Of a stretch of DNA of 42,250 bases, positions 9,299-18,881 are shown in pieces. The translations under genes were made by a program, and so were the position numbers. Source of the DNA: Minisyncoccia bacterium (GTDB taxonomy: Bacteria > Patescibacteriota > Minisyncoccia > Phycocordibacterales > UBA918); NCBI GenBank assembly GCA_046598345.1, contig JBKJIT010000001.1, positions 1-42,250 on the forward strand, in the 5' to 3' direction. The notes beneath the pieces are model-generated. The model searched no databases. It was not told where the DNA came from and saw nothing but the letters and a program-made list of their open reading frames with translations. Positions within the stretch are counted from its first letter, which is position 1. Every line of letters starts with the position of its first letter.

Positions 9299-10964
9299 AT
9301 ATTTGATCTACAATAGAAAAAGTACCGACGATTCAGAAAATCAAAAGAATTCTTTAGGTCACCAAAAGCGAGAAAATATTGCCTTTGCAAAGACCTATGG
9401 GTTACGCATAGCTCAAGTAACTCAGGAAGGTTTCTGTATTCATGGTGTTATTTCAGAATCGCACTCCGGCTTTAAGGAAGACTCAGATTTAACCTTCACT
9501 GACAATGGTTCTGTCCAATACAAGATAAACCGCCCGAAATTCAATCAACTCGCCCAATATTTAAATGAGGGATATTTTGCAGGTATTATCTGTATGTCAT
9601 GGGACAGATTGAGTCGCAATAAGACAGATAACGCAATCATCACAAAGCTTATTCGAAGGGGTGTAGATATTAAGTTTGTTACAGCAACGTATGAGGACAC
9701 AAGTGCAGGTGCGCTACATATGGATATTGATGGTATGTTCGCGCAGCATCACTCACGCGTAACACGAGAAAAGGTAACAAACGCAATGCATAGAATGCGA
9801 GATGATGGAATCGTTGTGTACATTGCTCCAATGGGGTATCTGAACACAGGAGCAAAGTATCAAGACATTGGGAGTACTGAACACAAACCCTTTGATCCTG
9901 TACGTGCCCCAATCATTAAAGATATCTTTGAAAAGTATGCGACTGGCGAATGGTCCATGCCAGACTTAGCGAAATGGGCTAATGAACAAGGTTTAAGAAA
10001 CTTCGCAAAAAGAAGAAATCGAACAAAATCTGAGATATTGGCGGAAAATCCTGTTGCACTTGAGAAGGTAGAAAAGCCAATTAATTCAAATAATATTTAT
10101 TACATTCTAGGAAACAAGTTTTATACTGGCTTAATGAGGAATAGCCGGAATCAATGGATTCCGAGCATTAGTCACGAACCTCTTATTGATCAAGAGCTAT
10201 TTGATAGAGTTCAAAAGATGCGGAATAAGAAGCAGGTGAGCATTTGGTATAAGGAAAAGGTTGGTCACGCCCTGCGAGGCTTTGTTCGGTGCGCTGACTG
10301 TGGCAGGGTTTATACCCCATATATGAAGAAGGGTATTCAATACTTCAGTTCCCGTTGTTCGGAAGGGTGTCAGAATGCAAGGAAAAGCTGCAACTTGAAC
10401 TTTATTGAAAGTGAGATAGGTAAACACATGCCTCATTTATTCCTTGAACCTCATGAACTGGACGAGTTAGATCAGAAAGCTGATACGGGTATTGCTGTAT
10501 TGGAGATGAAAATGAAAAAAGACCAAGAACAGTCTGAAAGAAAGGAGAGGAAACTGAATGAGGACTTGTCTTATCTGCGAGCTAATCGGCTTGACCTCCT
10601 TAAATCTGGAGTCTATATCCCCAATACATATATTGAGGAGGAGCGATTGCTCTTGTCTGCATTAAGTCAGGTTCAGGAAAAAGAAGTAATTTCGCGAGAG
10701 GCTATACATCAAACAATCAAAGATGCGATGCGTCTTTCAGAATTGCTCAATAACCTTACCCTGTACTACGAAAAAGCCACCTCGTCAGAAAGGGAAGAAA
10801 TTATGCGTTGTATTTTTTCAGAACTAAGTCTGAATGATAAAAGCCTTAGTTACCAACTCAAAACAGAGTTTCGAGCTTTGAAAAAGGATTCTACCTTGTC
10901 GAGTGCTCTCACCAGGGATCGAACCTGGATCTTAGGTACCGCAAACCTAAATTCTATCCATTAA
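9252..10964 (+). CDS. Large serine recombinase (integrase)
   Basis: YNRKS catalytic Ser, DRLSR, APMGY, NKFYTG, HEPLID..LFDRVQ, zinc ribbon CADCG, coiled coil. Confidence 0.95.
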   Translation: METPIKKIKAKAYQDEYLIYNRKSTDDSENQKNSLGHQKRENIAFAKTYGLRIAQVTQEGFCIHGVISESHSGFKEDSDLTFTDNGSVQYKINRPKFNQLAQYLNEGYFAGIICMSWDRLSRNKTDNAIITKLIRRGVDIKFVTATYEDTSAGALHMDIDGMFAQHHSRVTREKVTNAMHRMRDDGIVVYIAPMGYLNTGAKYQDIGSTEHKPFDPVRAPIIKDIFEKYATGEWSMPDLAKWANEQGLRNFAKRRNRTKSEILAENPVALEKVEKPINSNNIYYILGNKFYTGLMRNSRNQWIPSISHEPLIDQELFDRVQKMRNKKQVSIWYKEKVGHALRGFVRCADCGRVYTPYMKKGIQYFSSRCSEGCQNARKSCNLNFIESEIGKHMPHLFLEPHELDELDQKADTGIAVLEMKMKKDQEQSERKERKLNEDLSYLRANRLDLLKSGVYIPNTYIEEERLLLSALSQVQEKEVISREAIHQTIKDAMRLSELLNNLTLYYEKATSSEREEIMRCIFSELSLNDKSLSYQLKTEFRALKKDSTLSSALTRDRTWILGTANLNSIH

Positions 10965-10975
10965 ACTATGAGAGC
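10904..10975 (-). tRNA. tRNA-Arg(GCG)
   Basis: GCTCTCA/TGAGAGC acceptor stem, TAGGT-TTGCGGT-ACCTA anticodon arm, GGTTCGATCC T-arm. Confidence 0.92.
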
Positions 10976-11028
10976 GAATGGCACGGATAATACCATACAT
11001 ATACCGACATGCGAAGGAGACTGTACGG

Positions 11029-11505
11029 CTAAAATCCAAAATACTCGAGGATGCGATGGCCGAGGGGTTCCTCAAGTTGCTCCTCAGGAATCTTTGAAAT
11101 CATGAGTTCCTCAATCTCCCGAATGTACTCCTCAGGAATAGGGAAGATAATAAGCGGCATAAACGTTTGTTTCGATTTAATGAGAATCTGCGGTTCACGA
11201 GGGTGGTCGTCATCAATATAAAAAGACTCGAGTGTGGTGTATGGGTGGATCTTACTCCCTACCTTTACCCCTCGCAAAGAGACACCAAATTCCATAAGTT
11301 TAGGGTGTCGGTGGGAAAGAAGTACTACCGTGCTCGCCGCAAGTAAAATCACTACTGCAAAGAGTGTGTCATTAAAGAGAATACTTGCAACCGCTCCCGC
11401 AATGGCGAGAATACCGAGCGCCCAGTACCAATCAGCGCTCCGCTCCACGTGGTGGTGCTCAGGTGCCTCCCAGGTAATAGCGCGAAGAACATCAGTTTCT
11501 TGCAT
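11029..11505 (-). CDS. Conserved hypothetical membrane protein
   Basis: WEAPEH..ERSADWYW followed by two TM helices and a soluble domain. ATG lies 6 nt after TGaTACAAT. Confidence 0.8.
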   Translation of the reverse strand: MQETDVLRAITWEAPEHHHVERSADWYWALGILAIAGAVASILFNDTLFAVVILLAASTVVLLSHRHPKLMEFGVSLRGVKVGSKIHPYTTLESFYIDDDHPREPQILIKSKQTFMPLIIFPIPEEYIREIEELMISKIPEEQLEEPLGHRILEYFGF

Positions 11506-11591
11506 AACCATATTGTATCACGCATGTTCAGGGCCCCGTGATTCACAGGGGTAAACCAAGCGGCAAGACAAAGTAGTATACTGAAATATAT

Positions 11592-12056
11592 ATGGAAGGA
11601 TCCAAAAAATTTGGAAATGAAAATTTGGCGGGCAACACCAACTCAGAACCCAAGTATTACAATATCCAGGAGGATCTGAAAAAGGCTGTTGCTGCAAATG
11701 ATCCTCTTAATGAACGGGAGGGGGGCTCATCCATGAGTGGTGTGTCCGGACGTTCATTTGAGGAACGAATTGCAGAAGAGACACAAAAACTAAAATACCT
11801 CAAAGCAGAATTTGCAAATTATAAATTAAAAAAGGAGAAAATTCAGACAGTTATCGGAACTTTGAAAGGGAAGTTACGTCTGGCTCGCGAGTCTAAGCAG
11901 TTCAAAGAGTTTGATGCACTCACGGAGGAAAATGGTAGTCAGCAGGCACTCCTTGCTGAGGTCATATTACAGATTGAGGAACTTACAGATGAGTGTGAGA
12001 TGCAAGAAGCCCTGGTTGAAATGCTTGAGAATCTTAAACGGCATAAAGACGCCTAA
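11592..12056 (+). CDS. Hypothetical coiled-coil protein
   Basis: 154 aa charged helical ORF preceded by TATACT. Confidence 0.7.
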   Translation: MEGSKKFGNENLAGNTNSEPKYYNIQEDLKKAVAANDPLNEREGGSSMSGVSGRSFEERIAEETQKLKYLKAEFANYKLKKEKIQTVIGTLKGKLRLARESKQFKEFDALTEENGSQQALLAEVILQIEELTDECEMQEALVEMLENLKRHKDA

Positions 12057-12080
12057 ACTCATTATTTGATTCCGCAATTC

Positions 12081-13124
12081 ATGGAAACCACTAACTCTTG
12101 GAAATTTTCAACCACCTCAGCGGAGGCCTGGAAAGATATGCTCGCTTCGTGTGAGGGAGCTGAGGAAACTATCGATCTCGAACAATTTGTATTTGGACCA
12201 GGAAGTGAGGATATTGTGCAGGAGTTTCTAGGTATTCTCAAACGAAAGGCCAAGGAAGGGGTAAAAATTCGACTTCTCCTTGACGCGGTGGGGAGCTTCA
12301 GCTTCTTCAAATCAAAGCTTCCAGAAGAACTTCGTGAGAGTGGTATCGATGTCGTGTTTCACCGAGCGGTCCTTTCTCCTTCGTTCAAGCGGTTTTTTCC
12401 ACTCTTGCTCCGTGATCATCGGAAGCTTTTGGTGATAGACAGCAAAGAAATCCACATTGGAGGAGTAATTATTGAAGAACGTGCTCGAAAATGGCGAGAT
12501 ACAAGCGTCATGTTGCGGGGCGCTCTGGTTGCGAGTTGTTGTGAAATCTTTACAAAAACCTATAATCGCGCGAAGCGCATGAAGCCTGTGGGGCAAGTGC
12601 TTTCGGAAAAAGTGCAGGGCGAATTTTATCTTGCGGGAAACTCATTTCGTCTTAAGGATAAAATCCTCTACCATGCAATGGTGCACGCAATCGTTGAGGC
12701 AAAGCAAACCGTGTATATAACGACCCCATACTTTTCGCCGCCTAAAAACTTGAGGCGAGCACTGTATTTTGCAAAATCGAGAGGAGCTGATGTGCGTATT
12801 CTTCTCCCAAAACGCTCGGACAACCTCATTTCAGACATTGTAGGAAGATTCTTTTACAGAAAACTGCTTCGCCGAGGCATTCGCATCTTTCAATACACGG
12901 ATGCAATTTTGCATGCAAAAACAATGACCGTGGACAGCACCTGGTCAACGGTAGGGAGCTGTAATTTGGATTGGCTCAGTATTTGGGTGAACTATGAACT
13001 CAATGTGATAAGTACTAATAGAGATTTTACTACCGAACTCCAATCACACTTTAAAACTGATCTCGAGAACGCTGAAGAAGTGACGCTTAAAACCTCGCTC
13101 TTTCGAAATTTGATAGGGATGTAG
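12081..13124 (+). CDS. Phospholipase D family protein, cardiolipin synthase ClsB-like
   Basis: Two HKD motifs (HRKLLVID, HAKTMTVD), LLDAVGS, TPYF, GSCNLD. Confidence 0.9.
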   Translation: METTNSWKFSTTSAEAWKDMLASCEGAEETIDLEQFVFGPGSEDIVQEFLGILKRKAKEGVKIRLLLDAVGSFSFFKSKLPEELRESGIDVVFHRAVLSPSFKRFFPLLLRDHRKLLVIDSKEIHIGGVIIEERARKWRDTSVMLRGALVASCCEIFTKTYNRAKRMKPVGQVLSEKVQGEFYLAGNSFRLKDKILYHAMVHAIVEAKQTVYITTPYFSPPKNLRRALYFAKSRGADVRILLPKRSDNLISDIVGRFFYRKLLRRGIRIFQYTDAILHAKTMTVDSTWSTVGSCNLDWLSIWVNYELNVISTNRDFTTELQSHFKTDLENAEEVTLKTSLFRNLIGM

Positions 13125-13291
13125 AACCAGAGCTACGCGCGCCGTCTCGGACAACCTTGGCCGATCAAGCCCTGCTTGACGGATTGGAGTGCGTTAGGAG
13201 ATTGTTGACTAGTGCGAAGCAGTTAGTTGGTATTACTAGAGATAAAAGTCAATATTCATGAGCTATACTAACGATATAACATCGGCTCCCA

Positions 13292-13933
13292 GTGCCTCTA
13301 TTTTTGTTTAAAATTAACTCCCTGTCAGATAAAATCTATTTCATAAAAATAGGGCTACTTAATTTACTCCTTTTTTTTGCTATATACCCAATAACTAATC
13401 GTAGTGTACATGGTGTGTACCATCACCCATACTTTTCTTGGGAACTCTACGCCCCGCTTATTGATTGGATGATTATTCCATACTTGTCGTTCAACTTACT
13501 TTTTCTTGTACCTTTCTTTCTTCTTAAAAAAGAGAATATTAAGCTACTTGGAATAGCTTTTGCTTTAAGTACTGTAGTAGCCGGAATTATCTTTTATATA
13601 TTTCCTACTGAGAGTGGGTTTGTGAGGATTGTTCCTGATGGCTTCACTTCAATTTTTTATATTAGTTTATTTAGTTTAGACAAGCACACAAATTTAATAC
13701 CATCGCTTCATGTTACATACACTATTTTATATTTTATAGGATGCATTGGAGCAATAAGAGGAATGACCAACAAGATATTTTTCTTCTCTTGGTTACTTCT
13801 AATTATTATTTCGACTTTCTTCACACACCAACATCATCTGCTGGATATTATTTCAGGAATTACTTTAGCGAACGTTATATATTTCAGTGTTAGTTATAAG
13901 TTACGCCTGGAAAATCCTCAACATCGTTTATAA
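13292..13933 (+). CDS. PAP2-superfamily membrane enzyme (phosphatase/phosphotransferase)
   Basis: Multiple TM helices, PSLHV and HQHHLLD motifs. Confidence 0.8.
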   Translation: MPLFLFKINSLSDKIYFIKIGLLNLLLFFAIYPITNRSVHGVYHHPYFSWELYAPLIDWMIIPYLSFNLLFLVPFFLLKKENIKLLGIAFALSTVVAGIIFYIFPTESGFVRIVPDGFTSIFYISLFSLDKHTNLIPSLHVTYTILYFIGCIGAIRGMTNKIFFFSWLLLIIISTFFTHQHHLLDIISGITLANVIYFSVSYKLRLENPQHRL

Positions 13934-14825
13934 CCGAAGGAGCTTTTTCGAAGTTTGGACGCATTCCTTTCCAGAGGCTAAGCCAGCGTCTAAAATAAGA
14001 CGTTGGCTGTACGGTGTGGTATTGAGGACTAGACAACTCTGTCCATGGAAGAAAAGGAAACTTATGGTGAGAATGGTCCCATTGTCCATTTAAGAGAATC
14101 ATTCCGTGCAATTTACCGACACTTAGATTTGAGGCACCCTCTATAACATCTCTCGGTGTCCACGCATGTGTTACATATTGACGAGTCGCCCAATTAAAGC
14201 CAAAACATCCATAGAGAATCAAGACACTCTGCCAGTGAAGACTTAACAGATTCCACATGACAACCAAAAACAAAACACCAAATAATACCTCCAGTCTTAT
14301 TTTTGTAATAACCCTTCCCTTAAATTCAGTAAAAAGAATACTCGAGAACTCCGATTCTCTAAATGGTTTTGTGTGGAATAACCATGGTGAAATTGACATC
14401 ACGAGAGTTGCTAATGGAACAAGGGGGTAGTAGACCCCACTTAGTATTCCATACCACTGAATATTCTTTGTGATTTTATTATCACTCGGGTAGTAGTAGT
14501 CAAATAACTCATGATCAGTTCTATTACCCTGATGGTGCATTTTGTGCGCTATTTCAAACATCGTAAACGATTTTGGAAATAGACTATGTGTAAGAACTCC
14601 AAGAATATAATTAATTATCTTAGAATTATGAAGGACATGATGAACCGACTCATGCATGAGTGCATAGTTTGTAAGTAAGACAAAAGAGAAAATTATCCCA
14701 ATGGGAATCGACCAGAGTAGATCGAGTCTTGAGGCAAGCCAGAGTAGTCCAAACGCAGATACTTGAACAGAAAAAACAAGTAAGATATTGAGCTTACTTG
14801 GAATTTTTATCAGCATAGTATCCAT
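13890..14825 (-). CDS. Membrane fatty acid desaturase family protein
   Basis: His boxes HESVH, HKMHH and HSHH, plus TM segments. Confidence 0.88.
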   Translation of the reverse strand: MDTMLIKIPSKLNILLVFSVQVSAFGLLWLASRLDLLWSIPIGIIFSFVLLTNYALMHESVHHVLHNSKIINYILGVLTHSLFPKSFTMFEIAHKMHHQGNRTDHELFDYYYPSDNKITKNIQWYGILSGVYYPLVPLATLVMSISPWLFHTKPFRESEFSSILFTEFKGRVITKIRLEVLFGVLFLVVMWNLLSLHWQSVLILYGCFGFNWATRQYVTHAWTPRDVIEGASNLSVGKLHGMILLNGQWDHSHHKFPFLPWTELSSPQYHTVQPTSYFRRWLSLWKGMRPNFEKAPSVINDVEDFPGVTYN

Positions 14826-14833
14826 TGAGGATT

Positions 14834-15454
14834 TTATGATTTTTTCCTGCGCAAATAACGAAATGTAAAGAATCCAAGTACCAAGCCAACAGCAAGACCG
14901 CCAATTGCTGAATACTTTGCTATTGCTTGTGCTTTTGCAAGAAGTGGATTGTCAAAGAGATTGCTCGTAAACTGAAGGGAAACAACTTTCCAAGTAGTAC
15001 CTTCTTTTACAAGTGTTGTTGACCATTTTGACTTTAGATCCATTTCTAATCCGCCGACAAAAGTGTAGTGATCGACAGCTGTTCCATAGGCAATTGCGGT
15101 ATCTCCATAAAATTCGGTCAGTATATCTGCAGTTACCTTCGTCTTAATACCTTTTAAAACTCCGTTACTTTCACTAAAAATTCTTTCCTGAAAAGCCTTG
15201 ACTTCAGAAATGCCGTCAGCAACTTCAGCATTTTGATAGATTATGTTTACGTTCGGGTCCAGGTATTTGATCATATCGTCAAATCTGCCCTCATTAATTG
15301 CTTTTTCTGCATCAATTAACATGATGCGTAGTGCATCATGATCCGCCTCTCTGTCGGTAGTGTCTATCGCAGACACTGATGTCTGCGCAAAGGCTGTTGC
15401 ACTAAGGCTACCCGCAAAGACAAGTCCTAAAAATAGTAAAACTAATTTCTTCAT
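14834..15454 (-). CDS. Exported SnoaL/NTF2-like (DUF4440-type) protein with C-terminal membrane anchor
   Basis: Signal peptide MKKLVLL..AFA, NTF2-like end WSTTLVKEGTTWKVVSLQ, C-terminal TM helix and RRKK. Confidence 0.75.
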   Translation of the reverse strand: MKKLVLLFLGLVFAGSLSATAFAQTSVSAIDTTDREADHDALRIMLIDAEKAINEGRFDDMIKYLDPNVNIIYQNAEVADGISEVKAFQERIFSESNGVLKGIKTKVTADILTEFYGDTAIAYGTAVDHYTFVGGLEMDLKSKWSTTLVKEGTTWKVVSLQFTSNLFDNPLLAKAQAIAKYSAIGGLAVGLVLGFFTFRYLRRKKS

Positions 15455-15461
15455 AGAAAAT

Positions 15462-16397
15462 TTATTTTGAGTTATTAATGTAATGGCAGATCTTGTAAAT
15501 GATTTCACTTATATTGCTTGTCCTTAAAAAATGGTCAATTCCCCAAATAGGATAGACATTTCCTGGTACGAACAATAAATCCCGTAGAAATATCATACCA
15601 TCATTAGGGCCTATATGAGCAAGAATTTTATATCGCTTTACTAATAATGGTTCTACATGAGAAGGTAAGGGAAATCCTGCAATATGTATAATTTTAATGT
15701 GTGAATCTAGCAAGAAGTCTTTTTTCAGGGATTCATTCTTACATGCAATTTCCTCTGTTACTGCAGTGTTAACACCCAACACTTTAAGCGTTAGATACCA
15801 AATTATTTTTGCAGTACGATTGCGAAGCTTTTTATCAGCATGTGGTGTACCTTTTGTTAAACCTACGATGCTAACCCACCCTTTGATATTTTTAGTTACG
15901 TTTCTTCCTCGTAACTCCTCAAGAGCCAATCTGACCTCAGTGGATCCCTTGCTCAATGAAACTAACCAGACATTATTATGCTTATTTTCAAGTAATTTCT
16001 TGAGAATGATAGTCTTGTTTTCAGAAATGGATCCTCGACTGTGTATTTCAACCAGTTCAGTTATGAATCCGAATTTTTCAGCGATGCTCCTCACCAATGA
16101 TCCGTCACCACCGATGTCAGGGTGTTCTTTGTAAAACATACCCGGTATCACAATAATTTTTGTTGGTTGAAAAGGAGTTGCAAACGCTTTTGGGTAACTA
16201 TTGACTGTCTCAATAAATTTCTTGTTGAGATTAGTTATATGTTGGTACAACACTGCCGTAGCACAACTAACCCCCTGTGAAGATGTTATTTCCGCCAGCT
16301 TATTTTGAGTGAGGTCACTACCTATGAACCGAGAAGCATCTTCAAACAACGCTACTTCGTCAGTAAGAAATGTATCTCGTATAACTTTTCTATACAT
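15462..16397 (-). CDS. Alpha/beta hydrolase (lipase/acyltransferase-like)
   Basis: IPG oxyanion motif, SLSKG nucleophile elbow, GTPHAD, NDG, DH. Confidence 0.72.
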   Translation of the reverse strand: MYRKVIRDTFLTDEVALFEDASRFIGSDLTQNKLAEITSSQGVSCATAVLYQHITNLNKKFIETVNSYPKAFATPFQPTKIIVIPGMFYKEHPDIGGDGSLVRSIAEKFGFITELVEIHSRGSISENKTIILKKLLENKHNNVWLVSLSKGSTEVRLALEELRGRNVTKNIKGWVSIVGLTKGTPHADKKLRNRTAKIIWYLTLKVLGVNTAVTEEIACKNESLKKDFLLDSHIKIIHIAGFPLPSHVEPLLVKRYKILAHIGPNDGMIFLRDLLFVPGNVYPIWGIDHFLRTSNISEIIYKICHYINNSK

Positions 16398-16401
16398 GAA
16401 T

Positions 16402-17376
16402 TTATTTGGTATTAGTGGGATACCGTGGCAGCTTCTCCCAATAATTCCAAAAATCGAGCATGGCGACATCATTTATTGTCAGCATCCCTTTCTTTGGGTG
16501 CATGTTTTTTTGTACGGGTATGTCCGGTTTTATGAATATAAAAGTCGCACGTCTCATCAATTGTACTTTTAGTCTTTCTAGAAGTTTAGTAACGATATTT
16601 GTAGCTTTTTTTGGATAGGCAATTATAAAAAAAAGGGTGCATGTTTTATCTGAATCTCCGGGAAGTAAGGCTAGTAATGCACAGTGTCCCGTTTTTGTGC
16701 TATTAACCATGATGAGATTGCCACTGTAGTAATCAATCTGAATATTGGACTTACCGAATCCAACTAATTTTAAAATACGATCATATAACGTCTTCTCTAT
16801 AACTGCTGTGTTTAGTGAAATTGCTATATGTAATGCATTGTTACTAAAGATCTTGTAGTCGTTCGCTACGGCACGGTTATGCACGAAAGAGAAATGCCAC
16901 ACATCAAAACCATTCATACTCACTGCAAGGTATGTATTTTCTAAATATTGCACGTGGGGGGTTGAATACACAGGTGTATCTATTCCGGTAAAGTTTGGTA
17001 TATCAAACAAAACTTTCTCTCCCCAGAAAACAAATATAAGACCGTACTTTTCTTTTATCACAAGACGATTCACTGAAACCTGATGAGGTTTTATATTTGA
17101 CGGAGGCATTTTTGTACATTTTCCGTCAGCGTTGAATTGCCACTCATGTAGGGGACAAGTCACGCAATTGTCTTTCACCTTACCATTAGCTAAATCTGTC
17201 CCCATATGAGGACAGAATCTACTTACCATCCCAAGACCTCCGTCATTTCCCCTAAAAAGAAGCCATTCAGTTTCAAAAAGCGTTATCGGTTTAAGATCTC
17301 TCTTTTTAATATCAGAAGAAAGACAAATTGGGTACCAAGACTGTGGGAAATTATTACTAATATTGCTCATCATCAT
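16402..17376 (-). CDS. Rieske [2Fe-2S] non-heme iron oxygenase
   Basis: CPHMG...CPLHEW Rieske ligands; NGFDVWHFSFVH iron site. Confidence 0.92.
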   Translation of the reverse strand: MMMSNISNNFPQSWYPICLSSDIKKRDLKPITLFETEWLLFRGNDGGLGMVSRFCPHMGTDLANGKVKDNCVTCPLHEWQFNADGKCTKMPPSNIKPHQVSVNRLVIKEKYGLIFVFWGEKVLFDIPNFTGIDTPVYSTPHVQYLENTYLAVSMNGFDVWHFSFVHNRAVANDYKIFSNNALHIAISLNTAVIEKTLYDRILKLVGFGKSNIQIDYYSGNLIMVNSTKTGHCALLALLPGDSDKTCTLFFIIAYPKKATNIVTKLLERLKVQLMRRATFIFIKPDIPVQKNMHPKKGMLTINDVAMLDFWNYWEKLPRYPTNTK

Positions 17377-17490
17377 GATCTGTAGTTTAAAAAAGTTGCG
17401 ATAACGAAATCGCTACATTATGCTAGTATAACCAATAGTTTGCTCTTTTAAAACCTCTGTTTTCTGCTTTCGCAGAAGGAAGGAATAGCC

Positions 17491-18873
17491 ATGAAAATCG
17501 TTCTGCTCATGCCTCAGAGCGACATGTATCGCAAAGGTGGGATTTTCCCAAAAGCTTTGCGGTATGCACCACTTACACTTACGACACTTGCTGCACTAGT
17601 TCCAGAAGAACTGGGCGCAGACATCAGGTGTCATGACGAGGCATCTGAAGTTTTTGATGCCGATACCTGTGATGCTGACATCGTCGGCATTACGGTGATC
17701 ACGCCAACGTCAAAACGTGCATATGCTTTCGCAAGGAAGTTGCGCGCTCGAGGAGTTTTCGTGGTTCTCGGTGGCGTTCACGTCACTCTTGTTCCCGAAG
17801 AGGCTCAGAGACATGCCGATGCCATAGTTACTGGTTATGCCGAAGAATCGTGGCCTAAGCTATTGCGCGACTTTGCCAAAAAGCAAGCTCATAAGCGGTA
17901 TGACCAAGGACACTCCTATCAGTTTCAAAGTGTGCCTGTGCCACGAAGGGATCTGCTCAACCGCAAACCCTACGTGACCATGAACACTGTGCAAGCTGTG
18001 CGAGGCTGTCCGTACAAATGTACATTCTGTGTTGTTCCGTCTGCTTGGCCTCAGTACATGCATCGACCAATCAAAGAAGTCGTTGCAGAAATTGAAGCGC
18101 TGGAGGGAGACACGTTCTTATTTCTTGATTTAAGTCCAACAGAAGACCGAAAGTACATCAAAGATCTTTACCGAGCTTTGATACCACTCAAGAAAAAATG
18201 GGGAGGCTTGTCCACGTTCACGATTTGCAAAGATCGTGAAATGCTCGAGCTTGCTTCAAAGAGTGGTTGCCGAGGGCTTTTGATTGGAATTGAATCAGTG
18301 AACCCATCAACACTACACATGATGAAGAAAGGCTTTAATAAGCCTGACTCCTATCGTGAGCAGATCAAAGTGCTTCATGATCATGGTGTTGCGGTAAACG
18401 GTTGCTTTGTCTTCGGTATGGACGAAGACAACAAGGATGTCTTCGACTTGACGGCTGAATTTGCAATCGAAACCGCAATTGATTTGCCAAGGTTTGCCGT
18501 GGCTACGCCTTTCCCTGGAACGCCGTTCTTTAAACAGCTGCAATCTGAGAAAAGGATACAGAGCTACGATTGGAACTTGTATAGTGGTCAACACGTCTTG
18601 TTTCAGCCTAAGCAAATGAGTGCAGAAGAGCTACATCAAGGTATTCGTAGGACATGGAAAGAGGTCTACAGGTTGAGTTCGGTTTGGAAGAGAATTTTTT
18701 CTTCTGACGCGAGCAGAGACTGGGATTTACTTAAAGTGTCCATCCCTGCAAACTTGGGCTACGCTGCATATTCAAAATTCCTTCCACCATACATCTCGAT
18801 GTCGTGTGGTGAAGAGGATATGTGGTTGCCTGAAATGGTGAGACAGTCACCAATCATTCTCAATAGAACCTAG
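17491..18873 (+). CDS. Cobalamin-binding radical SAM enzyme 1
   Basis: PLTLTTLAA, VVLGGVHVT, RGCPYKCTFC, TPFPGT. Confidence 0.93.
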   Translation: MKIVLLMPQSDMYRKGGIFPKALRYAPLTLTTLAALVPEELGADIRCHDEASEVFDADTCDADIVGITVITPTSKRAYAFARKLRARGVFVVLGGVHVTLVPEEAQRHADAIVTGYAEESWPKLLRDFAKKQAHKRYDQGHSYQFQSVPVPRRDLLNRKPYVTMNTVQAVRGCPYKCTFCVVPSAWPQYMHRPIKEVVAEIEALEGDTFLFLDLSPTEDRKYIKDLYRALIPLKKKWGGLSTFTICKDREMLELASKSGCRGLLIGIESVNPSTLHMMKKGFNKPDSYREQIKVLHDHGVAVNGCFVFGMDEDNKDVFDLTAEFAIETAIDLPRFAVATPFPGTPFFKQLQSEKRIQSYDWNLYSGQHVLFQPKQMSAEELHQGIRRTWKEVYRLSSVWKRIFSSDASRDWDLLKVSIPANLGYAAYSKFLPPYISMSCGEEDMWLPEMVRQSPIILNRT

Positions 18874-18881
18874 GAGGGTTT

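Larger units (their letters stand above)
233..10906. mobile_element. ~10.7 kb integrative element (phage-satellite/IME-like) inserted at the tRNA-Arg(GCG) 3' end
   Basis: Serine recombinase running into the tRNA, a primase-helicase and R-M cargo. GTGC is shared at 233-236 and 10903-10906, and tRNA-flank repeats are stranded at 1-235. Confidence 0.8.
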
